A stretch of DNA of 64,000 nucleotides from NCBI GenBank assembly GCA_965207075.1, contig CBDBLO010000002.1, positions 1,952,001 through 2,016,000 on the forward strand, written 5' to 3'. A program made the translations under genes and the position numbers. Under the pieces are notes generated by a model. It saw only the letters and a program-made list of their open reading frames with translations, did not search any database and had not been told where the DNA came from. Shown one piece after another: positions 56,129-64,000 of the stretch. Position 1 is the stretch's first letter. Each line of letters opens with the position of its first letter. Origin of the DNA: Nitrosopumilus sp. (lineage in GTDB: Archaea; Thermoproteota; Nitrososphaeria; Nitrososphaerales; Nitrosopumilaceae).

Positions 56129-57500
56129 CGCGTGCAATGACCGAGCGCGGGTCGCCTGTCAGCTCCTCGAGTCTTACCGTGCTCTGCTCCCCGGTGTCCA
56201 TCATGCGGAGCAGCGCCTGCCCGCTCTGCACCTCCTCGGTTCCTACGATTATGGCGGCGCGGGCGCCCGCGCGGGACGCCGAGGCCATCTGCTTTTTGAG
56301 GGGGCGGCCCGCGATGTCAAACTCGGTCGTAATGCCGCCGCGGCGCAGGGCCGACGCGATTCCGGCGGCCACCCCCCTGGCGTCCGGCGTGGCGCATATC
56401 ACGGCGACCAAGTACGCCGCGCCGGCCCGGGCGCCGCCGCCGCCGTCACGGTCACCGCCAAGCAGCCCCCTGCGGCGCATCGCAAGCATCGTGCGCTCCA
56501 CCCCGCCTGCCACGCCGGCGGCCCCGAGGTCGGGCCTGCCAAAGGCCTTCATCAGCGCGTCGTACCTGCCTCCCCCGGCAAGCGAGCCGTACTGGGAGGG
56601 CGGGCCGCCGCCGTCATCATCGCGGTCATCGAACACCTCAAAGACCATCCCGGAGTAATAGTCAAGCCCCCGCACGATTCCAAGGTCTACCACGGCGCAG
56701 TCCACGCCGCGGCTCCCAAGCGAGTCGGACAGCGACGCGAGATCGTCCCACCCGTCCAGCGACGAGATCTCCCCCCGCCTGCCGGCTATCTCGTCCGCGC
56801 TTCCGCGCATGGAGGCATACTCGAGCAGCTCGCCTAGCATGTCGGCGCGGTCCGGGCGCCCACCGCCTCCCGCGGCGTCCGCATACTCGGATATTATTAC
56901 ATCCCTCGGCTTTTTTGCGGCCTTGTCCATGGCGCGCAGGATCTCGGACATCTCGCCTGCAGGTGTCTCCCGCCCGAAGACGCTGCGCACGAGGGACTCC
57001 ACCACCCCGCGGTGGCAGACCCGTATCGATATACCCTTTTTCATCCCGAGGGACTCGAACAGCAGTGACGTGGCCTCGATTATCTCCGCGTCCGCGTCAG
57101 CGGAGGGGCTGCCGAACACCTCCATGTCCCACTGGTGAAAGTACCGGTACCTGCCCTGCTGCGGCTCGTCGTACCTGAACACGCCCCCAAAGCTGGCGAC
57201 CTTGGAGGGCAGCCTCTCCGAGCGCTGCTGCGCGGCGCGCCTCGCAAGCCCCATGGTAAAGTCAAAGCGGAGGGCCACCCGGCGGCCGCCCTTGTCCTCA
57301 AAGTGGTATATCTCGTCCCTGATTGCGGGCCCCGACCTGGTCTCCAGGGTCGAGAGGCTCTCAAGCGGCGAGGGATCCACGAGCCCGTACCCGTACAGCC
57401 CGCACGCGCGTACAAAGCGCTCCCTGATGCGCTCGATTCCCGCAGAGTCGGCCCCGTCAAAATCCCTCATGCCGCGGGGCAGGTTAGGAGACAATAGCAA
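56106..57500 (-). CDS. hisS: Histidine--tRNA ligase
   Basis: PRGMRDF, LRFDFT, FRYDEPQ.GRYR.F.Q, IVRGLDYYSG.VFE, GGGRYD.L, G.ER. Confidence 0.95.
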   Translation of the reverse strand: MLLSPNLPRGMRDFDGADSAGIERIRERFVRACGLYGYGLVDPSPLESLSTLETRSGPAIRDEIYHFEDKGGRRVALRFDFTMGLARRAAQQRSERLPSKVASFGGVFRYDEPQQGRYRYFHQWDMEVFGSPSADADAEIIEATSLLFESLGMKKGISIRVCHRGVVESLVRSVFGRETPAGEMSEILRAMDKAAKKPRDVIISEYADAAGGGGRPDRADMLGELLEYASMRGSADEIAGRRGEISSLDGWDDLASLSDSLGSRGVDCAVVDLGIVRGLDYYSGMVFEVFDDRDDDGGGPPSQYGSLAGGGRYDALMKAFGRPDLGAAGVAGGVERTMLAMRRRGLLGGDRDGGGGARAGAAYLVAVICATPDARGVAAGIASALRRGGITTEFDIAGRPLKKQMASASRAGARAAIIVGTEEVQSGQALLRMMDTGEQSTVRLEELTGDPRSVIARVSQERPL

Positions 57501-57542
57501 CGGCGCGCGCGCATGTGGATGATTTAGAGATTTCGCACAAGG

Positions 57543-57818
57543 TCACAGGTGCCACGGATTCGCGCGCGCGGTTATCTTTTCGGGGAGCGACCCGGCGTGC
57601 CTGCCGAGAAACTCCGTCTCCTGCTCCTTGTCGCGCAGGTCGTCGGGGAGCATTATCGGGATCTCCTCCATAATCGGGTAGAACCGGGAGCATTTGTCGC
57701 AGTACAGCGCGCCCTCCGACACGGTGCCGTCCCCCTTCTCGCTTACGACGTGGAGCTCCAGCGGGTGGTGCTTGTCAATGGGGCACGCCAGTATGTCCAT
57801 CATCACGCTCTTCTTCAT
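57543..57818 (-). CDS. Trm112-family protein
   Basis: MDILACPIDK..PL....G.L.C..C.RFYPI.EEIPIMLPD. Confidence 0.9.
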   Translation of the reverse strand: MKKSVMMDILACPIDKHHPLELHVVSEKGDGTVSEGALYCDKCSRFYPIMEEIPIMLPDDLRDKEQETEFLGRHAGSLPEKITARANPWHL

Positions 57819-58952
57819 CTATCTCAGATCCAGGTATATGGGGATCCCCCGCCTTGCAGATAAAAGTGAAGCTTTGGCGGCCTTGATTGCAGCGAGCGCG
57901 TGCACGGCGCTCCGCGCAACGCGGCGGCCGCGGCGCTCCGGTTTGCCCCCGCGACTTGCGGCGTCCACGAAATCCCCAAGCCAGGACCGCAGCTGCGAGT
58001 CGGGGTCCAGGCTGCCGCGCGGATGGCCCCGGCTCCCTGCGGCGCTGTCTGGGCCGCTGCCGGCCGCGGCAAGCTCGGTTGTGACGAGCCCCTCAGACAG
58101 GTCTGCCCTTATGACCGCCCCCTCCAGTACAACCTCCGCCGTCTCAGAGCCGCAGCCGGCCTCCAGGTTGATGGATATCGTGGCAGCCGAGCCGCCGCCG
58201 TATCCGAGTATGGTGGTCAGGCGGCCCTCCGGGCGGCCGCCCCCCGGGCCGCCCGATACGGCAAAGACCACGTGTGGCGCGGCGTCAAACGCCAGGTTTG
58301 CGGCGTATACGTAGTCTGCCTGCATGGCGCGCATGGCGCGGGCGCGGGCATTACCGGCACGGTCATTATCTGCATGGTCATTATCTGCATGGTCATTATC
58401 TGCATGGTCACCGCCCGGGCTACCGCCGCGTTCGTCCCCATAGTCGCAGTCGTCCCGGTCGGCGTACGCCGGTGCGGAGCCGCCCCTTGCGCGAACGTCA
58501 AGCGACATCAGGCGGCCGTACGCGCCAGACGATGCCGCGTCGCGCATCGCTTCTGCGGCCATGCCCGAGGGCGCCACTGGAAGGCACGACAGCACCGCCT
58601 TCTTCCGGCCTGCCAGCTCCAGCAGCGACTCCATCCCGGCCACGTCGCACGCGGGCGGCCACTGCACGCACACGTGCTTTCCCGCGTAAAGCAGCTCAGA
58701 GGCCGCGGCTGCGCGGGCATCAGCAGCGGGTGCGGCCACGACGGCCCCCTCAAACGCCTCGCCCCGGATCATGCCGCCGACGTCCCCGTAATGGCCCACA
58801 GAGTACTCTCGGCCGCACGACGCGGCCCTGCGCCCGTCCGGGTCGCACACGGCCGCAAGCGCGCCCATGGCAGACAGCACCCTTGCAATCCGCCCGCACC
58901 CCGGCCCGCCCGTGCCGACGAGTGCCAGCCTCGTGCCGCCGCCTTCGGTCAT
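57819..58952 (-). CDS. Gfo/Idh/MocA-family oxidoreductase (divergent)
   Basis: Rossmann-like LALVGTG..G..IAR.L....L.AVCD, AGKHV; ATG 58952 overlaps the ilvE stop. The canonical EKP motif reads QWP. Confidence 0.7.
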   Translation of the reverse strand: MTEGGGTRLALVGTGGPGCGRIARVLSAMGALAAVCDPDGRRAASCGREYSVGHYGDVGGMIRGEAFEGAVVAAPAADARAAAASELLYAGKHVCVQWPPACDVAGMESLLELAGRKKAVLSCLPVAPSGMAAEAMRDAASSGAYGRLMSLDVRARGGSAPAYADRDDCDYGDERGGSPGGDHADNDHADNDHADNDRAGNARARAMRAMQADYVYAANLAFDAAPHVVFAVSGGPGGGRPEGRLTTILGYGGGSAATISINLEAGCGSETAEVVLEGAVIRADLSEGLVTTELAAAGSGPDSAAGSRGHPRGSLDPDSQLRSWLGDFVDAASRGGKPERRGRRVARSAVHALAAIKAAKASLLSARRGIPIYLDLR

Positions 58953-59878
58953 GTGCCATACACCGGTGTCAGCCAGCGGTCGGCGTACTCTGGCGCGCGC
59001 CCCATCACGATGTCGGTGTACCGCTCCATCATATTGCGCGTGACGGGGCCAGGCCCGCCGCCGTCCCCTATCCTCTTGGAGTCGATCGCCGTCACCGGCG
59101 TGATCTCGGCGGCCGTCCCGCTCAGAAACACCTCCTGCGCCGACATCATCTCGGCGCGCGTCATGTCCTGCTCTACTGCCTCGATTCCAGCGGCGCGGGC
59201 CACCTCCAGTATCGTGTCGCGGGTGATGCCCTCCAGCGCGGAGGACGCCAGGGTGGGCGTGACCAGCCTGCCGTCTATGACCGCAAAGATGTTCTCGCCG
59301 GGCGCCTCGCTCACGTTTCCGGACAGGTCCAGCAGTATGGCCTCGTCCGCGCCGGCCTTTTTGGCCTCGCCGGTGGCGATTATCGAGTTGAGGTAGTTTC
59401 CGCCCATCTTTGCCTGGACCGGGGTCGACGCGTCGGAGAACTTTCGCCACGAGGACGTGACCGCCGATATGCCGCCCTTCTCAAACAGGTCGCCGAACGG
59501 GAACGCAAAGACGGCCATTACGGTGGGCGCGTCGGGCGTGACGTGCAGGTTTATGCCGTGGTTCCCCACAAAGTAAAAGGGCCTGACATAGCACGACTCC
59601 CTGAGCTTGTTCTCCCTGCAGATCCCGGTGATGGCGTCAGACACCTCGGGGTCCGTATGGTTGAGCGATATCCCGTAAAAGCCGCCGGAGCGCCTAAAGC
59701 GGCGTATATGGTCGTCGAGGCGGAACACGTTGAGGTTATCGCCGTTCCAGTACGCCCTGACCCCCTCAAATATGGTGGTGCCGTAGTGCATCGCATGGGT
59801 GGTTATCGGTATGGTGGCCTGCTCAAGCGGCACGTACGAGCCGTCAATCCACACGAGGCGGCACAGTGGAAGCTTCAC
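58949..59878 (-). CDS. ilvE: Branched-chain amino acid aminotransferase
   Basis: HAMHYGTTIFEG.R, FRL..H..R, AK.GGNY, E..GENIF, L.GITR, GTAAEI.PV. Confidence 0.95.
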   Translation of the reverse strand: MKLPLCRLVWIDGSYVPLEQATIPITTHAMHYGTTIFEGVRAYWNGDNLNVFRLDDHIRRFRRSGGFYGISLNHTDPEVSDAITGICRENKLRESCYVRPFYFVGNHGINLHVTPDAPTVMAVFAFPFGDLFEKGGISAVTSSWRKFSDASTPVQAKMGGNYLNSIIATGEAKKAGADEAILLDLSGNVSEAPGENIFAVIDGRLVTPTLASSALEGITRDTILEVARAAGIEAVEQDMTRAEMMSAQEVFLSGTAAEITPVTAIDSKRIGDGGGPGPVTRNMMERYTDIVMGRAPEYADRWLTPVYGT

Positions 59879-59953
59879 GCATGTTGCGGCCGTGTTTCTG
59901 TATTAATCTATTTTCAACCGGGCTCAGGCGGCGAGGCGCGTGTCGCACCGGCG

Positions 59954-60700
59954 CTACTCCTTTGGGAACTTCATGCCGACGATCCTGGTGGTCATGTCCT
60001 CGGCGCCCGCAAACCTCCTGACCACGTCCCACTCCCTCCTGATTATGCGCGCGACCGGCTCCGGTACGTCGGACTCCCACCCGCCGGGGGCGCTTCCCTC
60101 TTCTGGGCCGGCTCCCCTGCTGTCGTCGTCGCCGGCGCCATTATGATCGTCACTGCCATGATCATCGCCGCGATCATGATCATCATTGTCATCAGGACCG
60201 TGATCACCGCCGGCGCCCCCCTCCGCCAGCGCTGCCCCGTACATCCTCTCCTTGACTGACGCGGCCGAGATGGGCCTCCTCGTGCCCACCCGCGGCTTTA
60301 GCCTGTAGAGCCGCAGCATGTAGCCCTCCGTGCGGTCGCCCGTGTACGAAAAGTACCTCCGGTGCTCCACCCCGCGCAGTATCTGCCTCCGCAGCCTCCA
60401 GGACATAGGCGAGAGCAGGGGTGGCATGTAGCGTTTGAAGGGGGCGTGGAACGTATAGTCGTCGGATATCACAATGGAGTCGCCAAAGACGGACTCTAGC
60501 ATCTCCCTCCTGCACTCAAAGCTGAACGGAAAGCTCCGGCTGTTGACCTCGTTGTGGTCGCGGTCCCTGAACACGACCGGCATCACCTTGACCCTGCCGG
60601 CGGCGCCCCTGAGGTCCGATATGATCTCGACGTGCGCGTTCGTGACGGGGTTGAGGTGGGCAAGGTACAGGGCCGTAGCATCATCGTCACGGGTGGCCAA
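59954..60700 (-). CDS. Cytidyltransferase-like (HIGH-superfamily) protein
   Basis: YLAHLNPVTNAH...PF..E.R..ML, ISA..V...M, W...VP..V. Confidence 0.7.
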   Translation of the reverse strand: MATRDDDATALYLAHLNPVTNAHVEIISDLRGAAGRVKVMPVVFRDRDHNEVNSRSFPFSFECRREMLESVFGDSIVISDDYTFHAPFKRYMPPLLSPMSWRLRRQILRGVEHRRYFSYTGDRTEGYMLRLYRLKPRVGTRRPISAASVKERMYGAALAEGGAGGDHGPDDNDDHDRGDDHGSDDHNGAGDDDSRGAGPEEGSAPGGWESDVPEPVARIIRREWDVVRRFAGAEDMTTRIVGMKFPKE

Positions 60701-60765
60701 CTGCGCCTAAACCGTAATGTCTCTTATTTCAACTGTGGCTATGCGGCGGCGGGAGAAGGAGGAGG

Positions 60766-61611
60766 TCACCCGTACGACTCGTACTTGACCTCAAAGCTGC
60801 CGTCGTCGCGCTTGTCGTGCTCCGTCACAAACCCTCTCGGCTTTAAAAAGTCCATCACTCCGTCTATCGTGCCCTGCCAGCCGCACACGTAGAACATGGT
60901 GTTCTCCTTTGTTATCTCCTCGCCGACCAGGTCCTCCAGCGGGGACACGCCGTCCGCGCGCGGGCGCAGGAACGTCTCGACGCGCCCAATCTGGCCCGAC
61001 CACGACCGGTTGAACCACTCCTGCGGCCTGCTGATTGCGGCCCTGTACCTGAAATTCCACTGGTCCTTGCCCCTCTGTGTGCTGTCATATTCCAGGTCGG
61101 TCAGCAGGTCCTTGTAGGACAGCTCGTCGACGTAGCTTGCGCCGTGCAGCACCACGATCTCGCGCTTGTCGCCGACGTGGTGCAGGTGCTGCGCATAGCT
61201 GACAAACGGGGCAAGCCCGGTGCCGCCCCCGATGCAGACCATCCTTCTCGTGTCAGGCGAGCCGTCCGGCATGGTCTCGTTTATCTCGAGTGCCTTGCCG
61301 CTCGGCTTGAGCCACAGCACCTCGTCGCCCTCCTTGGCGTTGAACAGCTGGGTGGTGAGCCTGCCCGGCAGGGGCTTGCGGACCCACCGGATTACGAGCT
61401 CGATATAGTCCCTGTTCTCCGGATGCGACGCTATGGAGTATGCGCGCCTCACAATCTTGCCGCCCTCGTTGGGGTTCGGCATGCCAAGCGTTATGAACTG
61501 CCCGGCCTTGAACTCTGGCACGGGCCCCTCGTTTGGGACGAGCCTCATGATCACCAGGTCCTCCTTGAGCAGCTGGACGTACGTGACCGTAGCCTTGTTG
61601 TCTACTACCAA
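60766..61611 (-). CDS. Ferredoxin--NADP+ reductase / FAD-binding oxidoreductase
   Basis: FKAGQF, RRAYSIAS, G..T, GGTGLAPF, FYVCG. TTG start at 61611. Confidence 0.9.
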   Translation of the reverse strand: MVVDNKATVTYVQLLKEDLVIMRLVPNEGPVPEFKAGQFITLGMPNPNEGGKIVRRAYSIASHPENRDYIELVIRWVRKPLPGRLTTQLFNAKEGDEVLWLKPSGKALEINETMPDGSPDTRRMVCIGGGTGLAPFVSYAQHLHHVGDKREIVVLHGASYVDELSYKDLLTDLEYDSTQRGKDQWNFRYRAAISRPQEWFNRSWSGQIGRVETFLRPRADGVSPLEDLVGEEITKENTMFYVCGWQGTIDGVMDFLKPRGFVTEHDKRDDGSFEVKYESYG

Positions 61612-61761
61612 TAGCAAAACGGCCACTCCAGATGTTAAATATATTGTGATGATCACATGCAGGTACGGCGCCCCCGAGAGCCGCGCCGGGGCGCCAATCC
61701 AGGGGCCCGTCACGCAAGGGAGGATCAGCATCCATATTTAGCGCCGCCGCGGTGACAGGGC

Positions 61762-63831
61762 GTGAGGGCGTACTATTCGGACGGTCTGGAGTCCTTTTTG
61801 AGGACTGACGCCGCGCAGGTGCGCTCGGCCCTGGCGGACCGGAGCGAGATGCCCCCCACGGACGAGCAGAAGCGGGCGTGGAGGGGCCAGCTGGACATAA
61901 TGGCGCGCGAGCTGCGCAAGATGGACGGCGGCGATAGCAGCAGCGCCCACGTCTACTTGGAGTTTGTCATACCCCGCATGGGAAAGAGGGCCGACGCCGT
62001 AATAATTTACGGCGGCGTGATATTCGTACTGGAGTTCAAGATCGGCGAAAGCCAGTACAGGCGGGCGGACATGGACCAGTGCACGGACTATGCAGTGGAC
62101 CTGAAGAACTTCCACGAGGGGAGCCACGACAAGCCCATACTGCCCGTCTTGGTGGCCAGCGAGGCGGGGGCGGGGGCGGCATACGGCCTGGACATGCGGG
62201 AGGACGGGGTCTTTGAGGTCGTGTGCTCCAACGGATCAAACCTGCGCGAGATCATATGCGGGGCGGCGGGGATTCAGGGCGGCGGGGTTACGATAGACCC
62301 GCTCGAGTGGGAGAGAACAGCATACAAGCCCACGCCGACCATCATCGAGGCCGCGCGCGCCCTGTACAACAACCACGACGTGTGCGACATAACGCGCTCC
62401 GAGGCGGGAGCGGAGAACATCACCAGCACCAAGTCGGCAGTCGAGGACGTGATAGAACATTCCAGAGAAAACGGCAGGAAATCAATATGCTTTGTGACCG
62501 GCATACCGGGGGCGGGCAAGACCCTGGTGGGGCTGAACCTGACTGTAAAGCCACGTGACGGGCCGTCCCATGACGATGACGATGACGATAATGATGACGC
62601 CGGATCCGTCTTCCTGTCCGGCAACGGCCCACTCGTAAACGTCCTGCGCGAGGCGCTCGCGCGCGACAAGTACGACAGGGAGCGCTCCAAACGCGCCAGG
62701 GATCCCACCATTGCCAGGGTCACGAAGAGCAGCGCATACAGGGAGGCCGCGGCCCTCATACAGCCCGTCAGGGAGTTCATCACGGAGGCCATGGACTCGG
62801 ACCGCCCGCCGCACGAAAGGGTCGTGGTGTTCGACGAGGCGCAGCGCGCGTGGAGCAGGAACGAGCTTGACAGGTTCATGAAGAAGAGGAAGGGAAGGGA
62901 GATCGGCATGTCGCAGCCGGAATACGTGATCAATACGATGGACAGGCACGCGGACTGGGCGGTGCTCGTCTGCCTTGTCGGGGGAGGGCAGGAGATCAAC
63001 CACGGGGAGGCGGGCCTGCCAGAGTGGTTTGATTCCATGAGGCGCAGCCATCCCGGATGGGACGTGTACGTCTCCCCGGAGATAAACGGGGAAGAGTACT
63101 TGGGGAAGAATTACGACGACGGCCGCGGCCGGATCGAGGACATGCTTGGCGGCATACGGCCCGTATACCGCGCAGAGCTCCACCTTGCCACGTCCATAAG
63201 GTCGTTTAGAAGCAGGCACGTGTCGGAGTTCGTCAGGCTTCTTCTGGACCTTGACGCCGGGGCTGCGGGCGTCACGCTGTCCGGCATAAGCAGGTATCCC
63301 ATCATGGTGACAAGGGACTTTGGGCGGGCAAAGAGGTGGCTCCGGAGCAGGGCGCGGGGCACGGAACGGTTTGGGATCGTCGCGGCCGCAAAGTCGTACC
63401 GGCTGAGGCCGCACGGCATATACGTGGAGCTCACGCCAAAGGCCACCCACTGGTTCCTCAACCCCCCAGACGACCCGCGCTCCTCAAACGGACTGGAGTA
63501 CGTGGCGACCGAATTCGAGATACAGGGACTGGAGCTTGACTGGGTGTGCGTCGCATGGGACGCGGACCTACGGTATACGGAGGACGGGTGGAACTACAAG
63601 GAGTTTGTAGGGGACAGGTGGAACAACATACACAAGGATCACAAACGGAGGTACCTGAAGAATGCGTACAGGGTGCTTTTGACGCGGGCAAGGCAGGGAA
63701 TGGTGATATTCGTCCCGCACGGCGATGACAGTGACAGCACCAGGGATCCCGGATATTACGACAGGACGTACGAGTATTTGCGCGGGATAGGGATACCGGA
63801 GCTGGCATGCCCGGAGGCTGCCGGCCGCTAG
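61762..63831 (+). CDS. DUF2075 (Schlafen group 3-like SF1 helicase) with N-terminal nuclease-like domain
   Basis: LEF.IPRMGKRAD....G..FVLEFK; G.PGAGKTL; LSGNGPLV.VLREAL; FDEAQRAW; TEF.IQGLELD; NAYRVLLTRAR.G. Confidence 0.88.
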   Translation: MRAYYSDGLESFLRTDAAQVRSALADRSEMPPTDEQKRAWRGQLDIMARELRKMDGGDSSSAHVYLEFVIPRMGKRADAVIIYGGVIFVLEFKIGESQYRRADMDQCTDYAVDLKNFHEGSHDKPILPVLVASEAGAGAAYGLDMREDGVFEVVCSNGSNLREIICGAAGIQGGGVTIDPLEWERTAYKPTPTIIEAARALYNNHDVCDITRSEAGAENITSTKSAVEDVIEHSRENGRKSICFVTGIPGAGKTLVGLNLTVKPRDGPSHDDDDDDNDDAGSVFLSGNGPLVNVLREALARDKYDRERSKRARDPTIARVTKSSAYREAAALIQPVREFITEAMDSDRPPHERVVVFDEAQRAWSRNELDRFMKKRKGREIGMSQPEYVINTMDRHADWAVLVCLVGGGQEINHGEAGLPEWFDSMRRSHPGWDVYVSPEINGEEYLGKNYDDGRGRIEDMLGGIRPVYRAELHLATSIRSFRSRHVSEFVRLLLDLDAGAAGVTLSGISRYPIMVTRDFGRAKRWLRSRARGTERFGIVAAAKSYRLRPHGIYVELTPKATHWFLNPPDDPRSSNGLEYVATEFEIQGLELDWVCVAWDADLRYTEDGWNYKEFVGDRWNNIHKDHKRRYLKNAYRVLLTRARQGMVIFVPHGDDSDSTRDPGYYDRTYEYLRGIGIPELACPEAAGR

Positions 63832-64000
63832 AAGAGTAACGGGAGAGGGCGGCAGCTTTTTACAAATTCAGCGGCTTTGGTTTTTCCAAGAGCGTTTGTC
63901 ACGTGTGGGGGTACCCTTCACCATACTGACAGACTGACGTAGAGGGACCAAGCAAGCAGTTACGACAATAGCGGTGAACGAGGGCCGCACAAGGTGCTAA

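Noticed and set aside
57819-59450. 543-aa ORF as a long Gfo/Idh fusion
   Set aside because: The N-terminal ~165 aa overlap ilvE in another frame. The real start is the ATG at 58952 coupled to the ilvE stop.
58274-60259. 661-aa plus-strand ORF and similar long shadow ORFs (e.g. 1238-2455, 31463-32842, 57900-59396)
   Set aside because: They overlap well-supported genes on the opposite strand and are a by-product of high GC3.
63911-63930. gtacccttcacc as another IS66-like terminus
   Set aside because: The match is too short, and the window ends before it can be verified.

Overview
GC-rich archaeal chromosome segment, very likely from a Nitrososphaerota (Thaumarchaeota, Nitrosopumilaceae-like) organism and possibly host-associated (inferred from gene content and gene order). 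The core genes are argH, sdhACDB, rpl7ae-rps28e-rpl24e-ndk-infB, hel308-mcm-gins, rfcS, two ferredoxins, eif6, hisS, trm112, ilvE and tRNA-Ser(UGA). Accessory DNA lies between them. (1) An IS630 relic is split by a ~128-bp MITE, which is itself split by an IS5-family element. (2) Two intact IS elements carry TIRs and TSDs: one IS903-like, one IS66-like. (3) A two-gene cassette with a PIN-like gene is bracketed by inverted, individually palindromic 54-bp sites. (4) Two apparently tandem integrative islands sit at the tRNA-Ser 3' end, marked by att repeats at 44773 and 42020. They carry a decayed tyrosine integrase, a giant DUF285/PKD-repeat adhesin and a putative toxin-antitoxin-like pair. Several surface proteins share a Tyr-rich ~43-aa repeat, and many housekeeping proteins contain low-complexity insertions. 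All family assignments come from motif recognition by eye, not database searches.
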